From positions 1 to 37,646 of the IMG/VR virus record IMGVR_UViG_3300011337_000396: DNA of 37,646 bases; one strand, 5' to 3'. Positions 1 through 8,909 of this stretch are shown here, piece after piece. The notes beneath the pieces were generated by a model that worked only from the letters and a program-made list of their open reading frames with translations, ran no database searches and was not told the DNA's origin. Positions within the stretch are counted from its first letter, which is position 1; each line of letters begins with the position of its first letter. Made by a program: the position numbers and the translations under genes. Source of the DNA: a virus (Duplodnaviria; Caudoviricetes).

Positions 1-182
1 ACAGCGCGCGTTTTCTCGGCCTCCGCAGCCGCGCTTGGACTAAGCCCAGCAGCTTCCGGCGCAGCAGCGCGCGGCTGGATGATCGGCGCTGCGCCGGGCG
101 TCTCCATTGCCTGCGGCGCAGCCAGACCCATCGCACCTTGACCGATCAACTGAGGCGAGGCTGCCCGCGCGCTTTGGTCTAG
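1..182. repeat. Left copy of imperfect terminal direct repeat (matches 37465-37646)
   Basis: Direct alignment, no gaps: mismatches at 9, 12, 18, 21, 33, 39, 135, 146, 157; positions 40-134 identical. Confidence 0.97.
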
Positions 183-956
183 CGCACCAAAAGTTGACGC
201 CGCCGGCGGGTTAGGACCACGCTTGACAACAGGCGTTTTCGATCCGTCGCGGGTGTTAACAATGTATTCAAAGCCTTGCGGATCTGTTTCAAACCGCAAA
301 TCGGCGCGGTCTTGGATGCGCGCGCGCAACGCTGCGACGTTTTCCGGCGTAAACTCAGGGCCAATGACGCGAGCGCCAACGGGATCGATCTGGCGATAAT
401 CGTTATAGATCGTCGGCCATGTGCGCTCCGACACCGCCGGCAGCAGCGATGACATACCGCTGAGGGCTGTTTTTTGAAACTCAAACTGCGCCCGATCCGC
501 CGAAAAGCCTTCCGCGCGCGCCTTTTCTTGCAGTGCGCGCGCTTTGGCAATGGTTTCAGACATAAAATTAAACGCGCCCGGATTAGACTTGCGCAGAGCG
601 TCCAGTCGCGCGGGGTCGGTGCGTAACTCGGGCGGTGTGGAGGCGATGTAATCTAGCGCCCCACGCTCAGCCATCCCGGCGCGTTCAGCCTGCTGGCGCT
701 CTTCGCGTGCGCGCCCAGTCTGCTCGCGCACAAGGCTGGTACGTTCGCGGCCGGCTTCAATATCCGTCATCAGGTTCTGGCGCTGAAGCGGAAATAGCTG
801 CTGCTGCCGCATTTCCTGCTCACGAGCCAGCAGCATGTTCTGCTGCAACTGCTGAAGCTGCATCATCTGCATCATGCGGTTGGCCGGGTCGGACGTTCCG
901 CCACCACCACCACCGCCGCCGCGCCCGATCTGAGCTGCAAGTCCGAAATCAGCCAT
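1..956 (-). CDS. N-terminal part of putative ejection (DNA transfer) protein, P22 gp20 position; continues at 36990-37646
   Basis: Absent from the ORF track because it has no stop. GGAGG then ATG at 956, MADFGLAAQIGRGGGGGGGG..., open to position 1 and in frame with LDQSARAA of the 37646-36990 ORF; about 476 aa when joined. Confidence 0.8.
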   Translation of the reverse strand, partial: MADFGLAAQIGRGGGGGGGGTSDPANRMMQMMQLQQLQQNMLLAREQEMRQQQLFPLQRQNLMTDIEAGRERTSLVREQTGRAREERQQAERAGMAERGALDYIASTPPELRTDPARLDALRKSNPGAFNFMSETIAKARALQEKARAEGFSADRAQFEFQKTALSGMSSLLPAVSERTWPTIYNDYRQIDPVGARVIGPEFTPENVAALRARIQDRADLRFETDPQGFEYIVNTRDGSKTPVVKRGPNPPAASTFGALDQSARAASPQLIGQGAMGLAAPQAMETPGAAPIIQPRAAAPEAAGLSPSAAAEAEKTRA

Positions 957-962
957 GGCCGG

Positions 963-1751
963 TTAACCTCCAATGAACGGGCCTTGGCCCGTGTAGCCGC
1001 CGGCGCCATACGAATACGGGCTTGCGGAGCCGCCGCCGCCCGCCATGCGGGCATAGATCGGGGCCATCATCTGGTTTGTATAGTAGTTCTGCGCGACGTT
1101 GCCTATGCCTTGCAACCCCTGCATCGCCGCGTTCGCGCCGCCTACATACGCTGACGCGCGAGCCTGCCCAAGGTTGCCATAGCCCTGCGCGATGCCCTGA
1201 CCCGTCTGGCCCATAGCCCCCGTCAACTGGTTGGTGGCAGTCTGACCTGACCCCATCATGGCTTGCAGCGGGTTCAGGCGAGCGTTGCGCTCAATCTGGT
1301 AACGATTGAAAGCGTTCTGGTATTCCTGTGACGCGAGGTCTTGCCCGAACCGGCTAACGCCCTTCAGCGTCGAGCCCGACAGCAGACCGCCGCGCGCCGC
1401 AGCCGAGTTCTCCAGCGCCTTCATGCCCTCCGACATGCGAAACCCGTAGCCTGGGTCGGCTTGGAACTGGTCCATGCCAAATGGCCGGGTCGCCATACCG
1501 TACTCTGCCGTTCCGGCCGCACCACCCGGCAGGCCAAGAAGCGTGAGCAACTGGTTCTGCGCGCCAAGGCCCGCCTGCCGAAACGGCTCTTGCAGCGCAA
1601 TCTGGCGCTCAAGCATACGCTCTTGCGCTTCAATGCCCTGCTGTGCGGCGCGCGCCTGCGCCTTGGCAGCCTTACTGGCCCCGGCCGCCCCAATAGCCGC
1701 CCCGCCAAGAGCTGCGGCCCCACCAATGATTGCTGCTGCAATACCGGCCAT
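963..1751 (-). CDS. Putative ejection/DNA transfer protein (P22 gp7-like)
   Basis: Gly/Ala hydrophobic N-terminus, Gln-rich body, DPGYGFR...ENSAAARGGLLSGSTLK motif; first of three genes in the ejection-protein position. Confidence 0.75.
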   Translation of the reverse strand: MAGIAAAIIGGAAALGGAAIGAAGASKAAKAQARAAQQGIEAQERMLERQIALQEPFRQAGLGAQNQLLTLLGLPGGAAGTAEYGMATRPFGMDQFQADPGYGFRMSEGMKALENSAAARGGLLSGSTLKGVSRFGQDLASQEYQNAFNRYQIERNARLNPLQAMMGSGQTATNQLTGAMGQTGQGIAQGYGNLGQARASAYVGGANAAMQGLQGIGNVAQNYYTNQMMAPIYARMAGGGGSASPYSYGAGGYTGQGPFIGG

Positions 1752-1752
1752 T

Positions 1753-2559
1753 TCAATTGCTCCTTAGCGCTATCGGCAGCGCCTGACGGTAGTCCACGGT
1801 TATCTCTTCACCTAGTTCGCCGCCCCGACAGCCACGGATAGACCGCAACGCGAACACGTAAGTGTCGCCACTGTCGGACTGTACCACAACCGCATTAGGA
1901 TGCTTACTGTGATTTATGTATCGTGCAGCCGGCGTCCGCAGGCCATTGATGCGCCCCGGCGCGATCAGCTCGTTGTCGGCAATGTCGCCCGTGGCAAACA
2001 AACCACTACCGTCAATCGGCGAAGCACTGACCATGACCTTATAGTCGCCCTGCGGGAATGGCGTCTGATCGTCCGTGCGCTCACAGATTTCGCGCACTGT
2101 CAACGGGTCAAACCCGCTGTCGGCAACCGCCGCCAAGAAATCCTCGTTGTCTTCCGAGTAGTTGCCGGCCGGGCGCGCGAGCGCGGCGATATGGTCTAAG
2201 AACGCCGGGCTCTTGTCGAGGAACAGATCTTCCAGCTTGGCGACGTCGGTTTCGTCGGTCGCATGGATGTTTTGCCAGATGACGGCTTCGTAAATGTACG
2301 CCGCCTTGCGACCGGGTTGCGCCACAAACGTCTGAGGCGCGACCATCTCAGTCTCAGTGCCATCATCGTTCAGCAGACCAAGCCGACCCGTCAACATGAC
2401 GTTGAGATGCGTCGTCTTATGGCGGTGGCCAATAATGTATGCGCCCGCGGGCATATGCACCTCACGGATATACACGCCCGGCCCAAACCGATGCACGACC
2501 GGGCAGTCAACCTGCGCCTGTTGAAGAAAATCGCGCTCTAGTGCGTCGATGTCGCGCAC
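1753..2559 (-). CDS. Cupin-like domain fused to SET domain (putative protein lysine methyltransferase)
   Basis: N-terminal HRFGPGVYIREVHMPAG...GHRHKTTHLN (cupin-like His motif); C-terminal SPIDGSGLFA, ARYINHSKHPNA, GEEITVDY (the SET signature motifs). Confidence 0.85.
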   Translation of the reverse strand: MRDIDALERDFLQQAQVDCPVVHRFGPGVYIREVHMPAGAYIIGHRHKTTHLNVMLTGRLGLLNDDGTETEMVAPQTFVAQPGRKAAYIYEAVIWQNIHATDETDVAKLEDLFLDKSPAFLDHIAALARPAGNYSEDNEDFLAAVADSGFDPLTVREICERTDDQTPFPQGDYKVMVSASPIDGSGLFATGDIADNELIAPGRINGLRTPAARYINHSKHPNAVVVQSDSGDTYVFALRSIRGCRGGELGEEITVDYRQALPIALRSN

Positions 2560-2561
2560 GA

Positions 2562-3425
2562 TTACGCCCTCATAATGTACGCAAGCGCGTAATACGGAGG
2601 CAAGTTGGCGTTCGTGCCGGAAGAGCCAGTGCTATCAATGGTGTGAGTGTGTATTCCCGCGCTGCCGGTATTCGCAGATTGAGTAGCCGTCACATCGAAG
2701 CGCCCTGAGCCAGTCGGATGGGGGCCAGCGTTCACCGCCTGATCGTAAGTATGAACGTGCGCCCCAGCGGACTGCATGGTGTGGGTATGGCTCACGACGA
2801 TAGCGTCGGCAGAACCGCCGGTTGTCGCTACAGCATAGGTGGAGCCAGCTCCAACAACGAACCTATTTCGAAGATCCGGTGTTCCGTTTGTCCCATCGCA
2901 AAGCAGCCAGCCAGAAGGGATGCTCGCAATAGAGCCGTACCACATCGTTATGACGCCGCGCGGCAGAAACGAGACACTGCCCGAACAGGTCAAGTTCCCA
3001 GCGTTGTCGATAACAAACGGTGTCGAATCAGGATCAGTGCTGTCCTGCACGCGCAAAACTTCGCCCGTGCCTGTTTGGGTGATCTTAAGCGCTGGGCCGG
3101 GCGTGTCGCTGTCGATGGAGACGTTGCCGGACAGCACTGGCGAGATAGCAGAGGTAGGCGCGGAAATATAGTCTACAGTCCAAATCTCGACATCATTGGC
3201 GTCGGTGAGCTTGAACTTGTAATTTGCCGAACCCAGCCAAATGGACGCTTCGCCGCGCGAGTTAAGAATGACCGGGTTCGGGTTGGTCGTCGCCCCCGTC
3301 ACGTCCGTAAAGGTGGCAAGCGGCGTCGTCGTGCCTGCCGTATAGGTATAGAGCTTGCCGCCGGACAAAGGTACGCCAGCAGCGCTCTCAAATTGCATCT
3401 TGGGGGACGGCGTGAGAACGGCCAT
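2562..3425 (-). CDS. Short tail fibre/needle-like protein with tail-collar domain
   Basis: N-terminal PLSGGKLYTYTAGTTTP...NPNPVILNSRGEA virion-binding-type domain; PRGVITMWYG...PSGWLLCDGTNGTPDLRNRF collar motif; HTH repeats; NLPPYYALAYIMR end. Confidence 0.85.
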   Translation of the reverse strand: MAVLTPSPKMQFESAAGVPLSGGKLYTYTAGTTTPLATFTDVTGATTNPNPVILNSRGEASIWLGSANYKFKLTDANDVEIWTVDYISAPTSAISPVLSGNVSIDSDTPGPALKITQTGTGEVLRVQDSTDPDSTPFVIDNAGNLTCSGSVSFLPRGVITMWYGSIASIPSGWLLCDGTNGTPDLRNRFVVGAGSTYAVATTGGSADAIVVSHTHTMQSAGAHVHTYDQAVNAGPHPTGSGRFDVTATQSANTGSAGIHTHTIDSTGSSGTNANLPPYYALAYIMRA

Positions 3426-4003
3426 TATTCACCTATGTTTGCAGCGACGGTGAGGATAACAGACGGAACGGCCGGAGAAAAGGCCGTAGCGGCCGAAGCC
3501 TCTATGGTTACGGTAGTATCAGACGTTGCCCACATTAGCTCGAAATAGTCGCCTGTGTTGAGGCGCTGGAAGTAATTCCATGCGGCCAGATAGGCTTCGC
3601 CAGAATTCTTCATCGTAATCTTACCGGCTGACTGCGGAACGTTTGTGCCGTTAACGCGCAACCAGACGTAGACGGTTTTGGTCGATGCGTTCGTGCTGAC
3701 AAACTGCGCCGAGAACTGCACGTTGTACAAACCGGGCCGGTCAACGTAGACGCGCGACGTTGGGGCGCCAAGGTACACACCCTGTGTGTAGTCGGTCTGG
3801 CTGAACTTCATGGCGTACGGCGTATTGATCGCCGCCGCCGTCTGCGTCGTTTCGTCGTGGAACGCGCCGTTGCGCAGCGACCCGCTGCCCAGGATGGCGA
3901 ACAAGTTGTAGAAATAGCGATACCATGCCCGCGACGGGTACGGCGTCGGCTCTTCCGCAATGGGCACACGCGCGGCCGGGATTTGCGTAATGTTCTCAGG
4001 CAT
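3425..4003 (-). CDS. Tail-associated protein with beta-sandwich (C1q/TNF-like) C-terminal domain
   Basis: Likely start MPENITQ at 4003; PGLYNVQFSAQF...LNTGDYFELMW pattern; follows the gp10-like gene. Confidence 0.6.
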   Translation of the reverse strand: MPENITQIPAARVPIAEEPTPYPSRAWYRYFYNLFAILGSGSLRNGAFHDETTQTAAAINTPYAMKFSQTDYTQGVYLGAPTSRVYVDRPGLYNVQFSAQFVSTNASTKTVYVWLRVNGTNVPQSAGKITMKNSGEAYLAAWNYFQRLNTGDYFELMWATSDTTVTIEASAATAFSPAVPSVILTVAANIGE

Positions 4004-5429
4004 TGGTCGGGCTCGCAATCAGCTCCGCGCCCATGATCGTCACTGACACCGGATCAGTGCCCGACAGCTCATAAACGCGGTCGCGCAACTTCATGGTCAT
4101 GCCAAGACGCCGCCAGATAACGCGGGTGCCGGTACGGCCAATCGGCCCCATGGATTTCCAGTGCTCGTTCGACCAAGTGTGACCGCCGTCGTCACTCCAG
4201 CGCAGCATGACTTGCGGATCGACGCCCTGCCCCACGCCGTCGAGCCCGACGCCGCTTTCGCAATCCAACTGCAAGCTGTGCTGCGTCGTGCGCTTCAGGT
4301 TGTTCTGGCCAGTCGGCAGCGCTCGCCAAGACCGCAGCCATTTTTGGACGGTGCCAGCTTCCGTGTACACGCTCAGATCGTAAGCGTAGATCGCCCCAGC
4401 AAGGTAATCGCCGATGACTATCTCGCCGGCAAAAGACATCTGGTTGTTGCCGCGATGGCGAGTGAAGCTGTTGTTCAACCATCCGGCGCGCTTATGCCAC
4501 GCTTGCGTGGCGACGTCGTAGACCCAAGTGATGTCAGCAGTCGGGAAGTTCAGAACATAGAACGAGTGGCCGTCCTGCTGGTAGGTGTACGCCGTGGCGT
4601 CCGAGATGTCGCTGTACTGCTGGATCTGCCACTCGACGGCGTGCGTGGAGATGCGCTGGCCGTTGTAACCCTGCGAGCGGTAGACGATACCGCGTCCGCG
4701 TGCGTCAGCGCCCAGCCAAAACACGCCGTTGTCTAGTTTGGCGACGGAAAACGGCGCAACGCAGCCGATTTCGTTGAAAGCGCCCTGGATGCGCGACAGC
4801 GGGAAATCAGGCAGCCCGGCGTTGTACCAGACCTCGACCGACGTCTGACCGAACAACCAGACCTCGCGGTGGTCAACGATCAGCGACACGAGATCGTCGG
4901 GCGAACCCTCGGCGCTGGCGAAATCCAACGGGTCAACGGACGTGCCGTCGAGCAGAGCGGTCACCCAGAACTTCTGGCTGTTGGGCTCGTTGAATACGAA
5001 ATAGCCATCAAGGAAGCCAACCGTCGTCGCGCCGGGGAAGTCCGGGTCGGTAATCTGCGCAAACACGTCCGTGTTGGCGTTGTAGATGTAGCCGGTCGCG
5101 CCTGCCGCGATGAACAACTGCGTGCCGTTGTCCACCATGGACACGGGGCCGGAACCTGCAACGGTGCCCTTTTCGGTCACAACCCAAGCGTCGTCAATCT
5201 TGTAAAACTTATTGCCCGACACCGCGTAGGCGTAGTTGCCAAACGTCCACAACCCCCGGACGGGGCCAGCCCCGACGTAAGCAAGCAGGCGCAAGCCAGG
5301 CGCGCGGCGCAGGAACGCTGGCTCTTTGCCGCCCTCGGGCACGATCTCAGGGTAGAGGTTGACCATATCGTTATCGGCAGCGTTCGGGCTGCGGGTAACG
5401 TAGGCCGACCCTAGGATCGGGGACTTCAT
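3996..5429 (-). CDS. Packaged-DNA stabilization/tail hub protein (P22 gp10-like)
   Basis: 477 aa; FASAEGSPDDLV, WLFGQTSVEVW, LRWSDDGGHTWS...WRRLG motifs; synteny. Confidence 0.9.
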   Translation of the reverse strand: MKSPILGSAYVTRSPNAADNDMVNLYPEIVPEGGKEPAFLRRAPGLRLLAYVGAGPVRGLWTFGNYAYAVSGNKFYKIDDAWVVTEKGTVAGSGPVSMVDNGTQLFIAAGATGYIYNANTDVFAQITDPDFPGATTVGFLDGYFVFNEPNSQKFWVTALLDGTSVDPLDFASAEGSPDDLVSLIVDHREVWLFGQTSVEVWYNAGLPDFPLSRIQGAFNEIGCVAPFSVAKLDNGVFWLGADARGRGIVYRSQGYNGQRISTHAVEWQIQQYSDISDATAYTYQQDGHSFYVLNFPTADITWVYDVATQAWHKRAGWLNNSFTRHRGNNQMSFAGEIVIGDYLAGAIYAYDLSVYTEAGTVQKWLRSWRALPTGQNNLKRTTQHSLQLDCESGVGLDGVGQGVDPQVMLRWSDDGGHTWSNEHWKSMGPIGRTGTRVIWRRLGMTMKLRDRVYELSGTDPVSVTIMGAELIASPTNA

Positions 5430-6139
5430 CAGTAGTTCCCTGCGAAAATGTTAAAGCGCTGGCGAGTTCCCGTGATGCTGTACGGGATAGCCATGATGTC
5501 GTCGGGGTTGTTGATGCGCTTCAGATTGCGCTTTGACGCCATGGCGATGCGCTGAACCTGCGGCGACGGCTCAACACCAAACTCAGGGGCCATTTCGCAG
5601 GCGAGATTGTAGCGGAACGCGCGCAGGTAACCAGGCGGAAACGCCAGCGTCGTCGCCAGATTGGCGGGTGCGGTCAGCTCCTCAACCGAAACGAAATGGA
5701 ACTCCAGATCGCGGAACGGCACCGGGTAAACGTACAGCTCAATGTCCGGGTAGGTCATGTTAACGAACATGACCTGCGGATAGGTGCTGGTCACCGTCTT
5801 GACCGCAATACCGTTGTACTGTTGCTGGTTGATGAGCTTGATGCCGTAGGAAATGCCGGTCGCGGGATCGCGGAAGTAGGTGCTGTCATCGACCGCAATT
5901 GGGCGGTTGCCTACCAGATCGCCGGTCGGCCCAAGCGTGCGCGAGCGCTGCGTGGCGGGCCACGTAAGCACTTGATCTTGCGTCGCGTAGACCGCAAGTC
6001 GCTCCGTATTCCAAGAGTCGATCATCTGGTTCATCGCCGACAAAGCGTCCTGCGAGGTCTCAGCAGACGGCGTTTCGCCTTCCGCCAGAACACCTAGGAG
6101 CCGCAGCGCACCGTTAATCTGCTCGCCCGCTGTCGCCAT
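5429..6139 (-). CDS. Head-to-tail adaptor (P22 gp4-like)
   Basis: INGALRLLGVLAEGETPSAE...LSAMNQMIDSW and FRYNLACEMAPEFG; lies immediately upstream of the gp10-like gene. Confidence 0.8.
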   Translation of the reverse strand: MATAGEQINGALRLLGVLAEGETPSAETSQDALSAMNQMIDSWNTERLAVYATQDQVLTWPATQRSRTLGPTGDLVGNRPIAVDDSTYFRDPATGISYGIKLINQQQYNGIAVKTVTSTYPQVMFVNMTYPDIELYVYPVPFRDLEFHFVSVEELTAPANLATTLAFPPGYLRAFRYNLACEMAPEFGVEPSPQVQRIAMASKRNLKRINNPDDIMAIPYSITGTRQRFNIFAGNY

Positions 6140-6332
6140 CGGTAGTCACCTGTTCCTGCTGCTGGCGAGGAGGGCGTCCGCGCCGTCGTAAAACCAGACT
6201 GTTGTCTGCCGCCACAGGAGCCGAGGGCGTGTCGGGGTTATACCGCGTCCAGCCGTTCTCTTCATCATAAATCGCTTCCATTTCAAGTGTAGCGACTTTG
6301 GTGCCGTGAACGGAATGGCGAAGGTAAATCAT
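6114..6332 (-). CDS. Small hypothetical head-module protein with RRGRPP (AT-hook-like) motif
   Basis: 72 aa, AGGTGG RBS, tiles the operon. Confidence 0.7.
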   Translation of the reverse strand: MIYLRHSVHGTKVATLEMEAIYDEENGWTRYNPDTPSAPVAADNSLVLRRRGRPPRQQQEQVTTDGDSGRAD

Positions 6333-6347
6333 AAACCACCTAGTGTG

Positions 6348-6371
6348 AAAGGGGCGGCCCGAAAGCCGCCC
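6348..6371 (-). terminator. Putative weak intrinsic terminator after the capsid genes
   Basis: GGGCGGC-UUUCGG-GCCGCCC hairpin followed by CUUU on the minus strand. Confidence 0.55.
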
Positions 6372-6378
6372 GACAGTA

Positions 6379-6792
6379 TTAGGTCACGCGGTACAGCGTC
6401 CATGCGCCGGCCGCAGACTTGCGGGCAATCATCATAGCGCCGGTCGTGACCGGGATAGTCATGGTGAGCGAACCAGAGACCGTCCAGCCCGTACCAGCGG
6501 AGATAACCGCAGTGCCCGACGATGTGCCGAGGTTGACAACGCGAAACGTAAAGGTTGTGCCGATACGATCAGAGTTGAGAAGCTCAGCCTCAAGCTGCGC
6601 CACGGTCGGCAGAACGTAGGTCTGCGAGGTGGTCGCGCCGTTGTTGACAAAAATCAGGCCATTGAGAACCTGCGCCGCCGTCAGCGTAGCGCCGGTAGCA
6701 ACAGCCACCGGGTCTGCCGTCAGATCAATGAAGGGGTCGTTTACGTTACCATCGCCGAGCTGGTAGCCGCCCGCGCCGTTGGGAAGAGCCAT
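6379..6792 (-). CDS. Putative capsid decoration protein
   Basis: 137 aa, beta-rich, Thr/Gly/Ala-rich; directly after the coat gene; AGAAGGA RBS. Confidence 0.6.
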   Translation of the reverse strand: MALPNGAGGYQLGDGNVNDPFIDLTADPVAVATGATLTAAQVLNGLIFVNNGATTSQTYVLPTVAQLEAELLNSDRIGTTFTFRVVNLGTSSGTAVISAGTGWTVSGSLTMTIPVTTGAMMIARKSAAGAWTLYRVT

Positions 6793-6818
6793 GATAGTAA
6801 TCCTTCTAGAAGAGAGAT

Positions 6819-6840
6819 GCCCCCGGCCGCAGCCGGGGGC
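6819..6840 (-). terminator. GC hairpin after the coat gene (terminator or mRNA stabiliser)
   Basis: 9-bp stem GCCCCCGGC/GCCGGGGGC, 4-nt loop, followed by pyrimidine-rich AUCUCUCUUCU. Confidence 0.5.
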
Positions 6841-6849
6841 GAGGACAAG

Positions 6850-8061
6850 TTAGCCCCACATGCGGACGGCCATCTGCGGACGGATCACCCCGTAACCGTA
6901 GAGGACGTCGATGCGGCACGGCATACGGTCGTTGTTAATGTCGTACTGGCGCACGACACGCAGCGAGATGCCGTTGTGGACCTGACGCGACGCCATATCG
7001 ACGCCCTGCGGAAGGAGCAGGTCGGCGGTGGCGAAAGTGATCGCGTCCTTGTGGTAGACGAGGTTCTGCGGGTACTGCGAGGAGGCGGACCCGAGGAACG
7101 TAACGGTGGCGCCGGACTGCGGGAAGCTGTCCACGGTGGCAAGGGCGTGCGAGGCGGTGTAGATCGCCGGGCTGATCTTGACCGTAAACGTGCCAGCAAC
7201 GCCAGCGGTGTCTTCCGTGACCACGAACTGCTGGAGCGAACCAGTGGACTCGCGGGTCTGCGGGTTGACGGCAAACACGCTGCCGATGGTGAACACGTCG
7301 CCGACCTTGAGGGTCGTCGTGGCGGAACCCTGCGACAGCACAACGGTGGTCGCGCCCTGAGACGAGACGGTCGTGCCAACAGTCGTCGAAGCGGTACGGG
7401 AGAACGTGCCGGTCGCGAACTGCTTGATCGACTGAGACATGCTGATTTCTTCATAGCCCAGCACTCCGGCACCCATCAGGCCACTCTTAAACTGGCGGCT
7501 GATGACGTCGGTGGGGTTGAAGAAGCCCTTCATGCCCTCAACGAGAGCAGCGTTGGCAGCGGGGTTAACCGTCGCGTAGCGCGGCGAAGAAACGGCAGCG
7601 TTCTCGTTGAGCTTCTGCTGAGCCTGAAGCAGCACAAGAGACGTTGACGGCGTGGTGCCGGGCGTGCCCACGGAGTTATAGACCGACTTGAACGAGTTGG
7701 CGACGTCCGCGTCGATGGAGGAGGCGAGCTGCGAGATACGCGGCTTAAGCACGCGCTCAGCGAAATCGTCGAGCTGCATGGTCAATTCGGCCGACGTGAA
7801 GTTCACGCCGATGTGCTTCTGGCTGGAGACAGAAAGCGTGGTGAACTGCTCGTTGTCGTCCTGCACCTGAAGCGCCGCACCGTCCGTGACCAGAGCGCGG
7901 TCGGGCAAACGGATGCGCAGGGTGGAGCCAATCTTAGCCCCTTCAACCGCGAAGGAGTCGTCATACTGACGGTTCACAGTGCGGGTCAGCACAAGGTTGT
8001 TCTCGAGGATTTCGAGAGCCTTGCGCGTAATCATGTCAATTGTAAGAAGCGAGTTAGCCAC
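6850..8061 (-). CDS. Major capsid protein (P22 coat-like)
   Basis: 403 aa; ITRKALEILENNL, GAKIGSTLRIRLP, CRIDVLYG...RPQMAVR motifs; AAAGGA RBS with GTG start. Confidence 0.92.
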   Translation of the reverse strand: MANSLLTIDMITRKALEILENNLVLTRTVNRQYDDSFAVEGAKIGSTLRIRLPDRALVTDGAALQVQDDNEQFTTLSVSSQKHIGVNFTSAELTMQLDDFAERVLKPRISQLASSIDADVANSFKSVYNSVGTPGTTPSTSLVLLQAQQKLNENAAVSSPRYATVNPAANAALVEGMKGFFNPTDVISRQFKSGLMGAGVLGYEEISMSQSIKQFATGTFSRTASTTVGTTVSSQGATTVVLSQGSATTTLKVGDVFTIGSVFAVNPQTRESTGSLQQFVVTEDTAGVAGTFTVKISPAIYTASHALATVDSFPQSGATVTFLGSASSQYPQNLVYHKDAITFATADLLLPQGVDMASRQVHNGISLRVVRQYDINNDRMPCRIDVLYGYGVIRPQMAVRMWG

Positions 8062-8073
8062 TTTGGGTATCCT

Positions 8074-8859
8074 TTATCGACGTTGGGCCTCGAACTTCCT
8101 AATTTGACGCTGGCGCTCCGCTTCGATCCATTCCGACGTGCTCATCGTTTTGATTGAGCGGGGGTCGGTGGTGTCGTAAGCCGGTGAACCGGAGTTTGTG
8201 CGGGCGGCGACAGGCGCGATAGGAGCCGGAGCGGTTGAAGTCTTTTTAACCGGCGGATTAGAGGACAAGTTCGCCTCAATCTTACCGATCTCCTTGGCCT
8301 GCAAGATTGCGGGCAAAGTGGCGATACGGGCGGCTTCCTTTGGGTTTGATCCGAGCCAATAGATGACGTCGGGACCGATGTCAGACGCTTGGATCGTTTG
8401 CGCCATTACGTCCGTGACGGGGAGCTGCGGGTTGTAAGCGACCTGTTCAAAGTCGTTGTACTTTGACCGCGCGTCCTCTTCACGCTCGTGATAGGCGTCG
8501 AGCATCTGAGCCTGCTGCTTGGCGGTTTCCCGCTGGGCAATCAGCTCTTGAGCCTTACGTTCCGCCAACGCTTCGGCATACGCCGCCGCGCTGTCGTAAT
8601 CGTCAACGGCTGGTAGCGGGGGCGGCGGCGCTTTGCGCGCTTCCATCTCCGCAAGCCGTTGGGCCTGCTCGCGTTCCCACTTACGCTGCTCTCGTGCAAG
8701 GCGCTTCCCGACGATAGCGTCCAACTCTTCCTGAGAGAAGGTCTTGGTCGCTTCAGTCGTTTGTCCTTCCGGCGTCGTAGCTTCGGGCGCAGAAACCGCC
8801 GTGGTGTCCTGCTCCGGCGCGGTCGTAACCGCTTCGTTTAGTTGAGCTTCATCGCTCAT
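8074..8859 (-). CDS. Scaffolding protein
   Basis: Acidic flexible N-terminus, coiled coil, GPDVIYWLGSNPKEAARIA and basic C-terminus; immediately upstream of the coat gene. Confidence 0.85.
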   Translation of the reverse strand: MSDEAQLNEAVTTAPEQDTTAVSAPEATTPEGQTTEATKTFSQEELDAIVGKRLAREQRKWEREQAQRLAEMEARKAPPPPLPAVDDYDSAAAYAEALAERKAQELIAQRETAKQQAQMLDAYHEREEDARSKYNDFEQVAYNPQLPVTDVMAQTIQASDIGPDVIYWLGSNPKEAARIATLPAILQAKEIGKIEANLSSNPPVKKTSTAPAPIAPVAARTNSGSPAYDTTDPRSIKTMSTSEWIEAERQRQIRKFEAQRR

Positions 8860-8909
8860 ACGCTTGGTTTCCTCTCGGACCTGATGAACCGCACCAGTAC
8901 GGTTTATTG

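Noticed and set aside
1-182. Imperfect repeat pair as a diversity-generating retroelement TR/VR
   Set aside because: Mismatches are not adenine-specific, no reverse transcriptase is present, and the copies sit exactly at the contig ends.
8881-8909. CTGATGA followed by a hairpin as a second hammerhead
   Set aside because: No GAAA after the stem, no stems I/III, and it is antisense to the operon.
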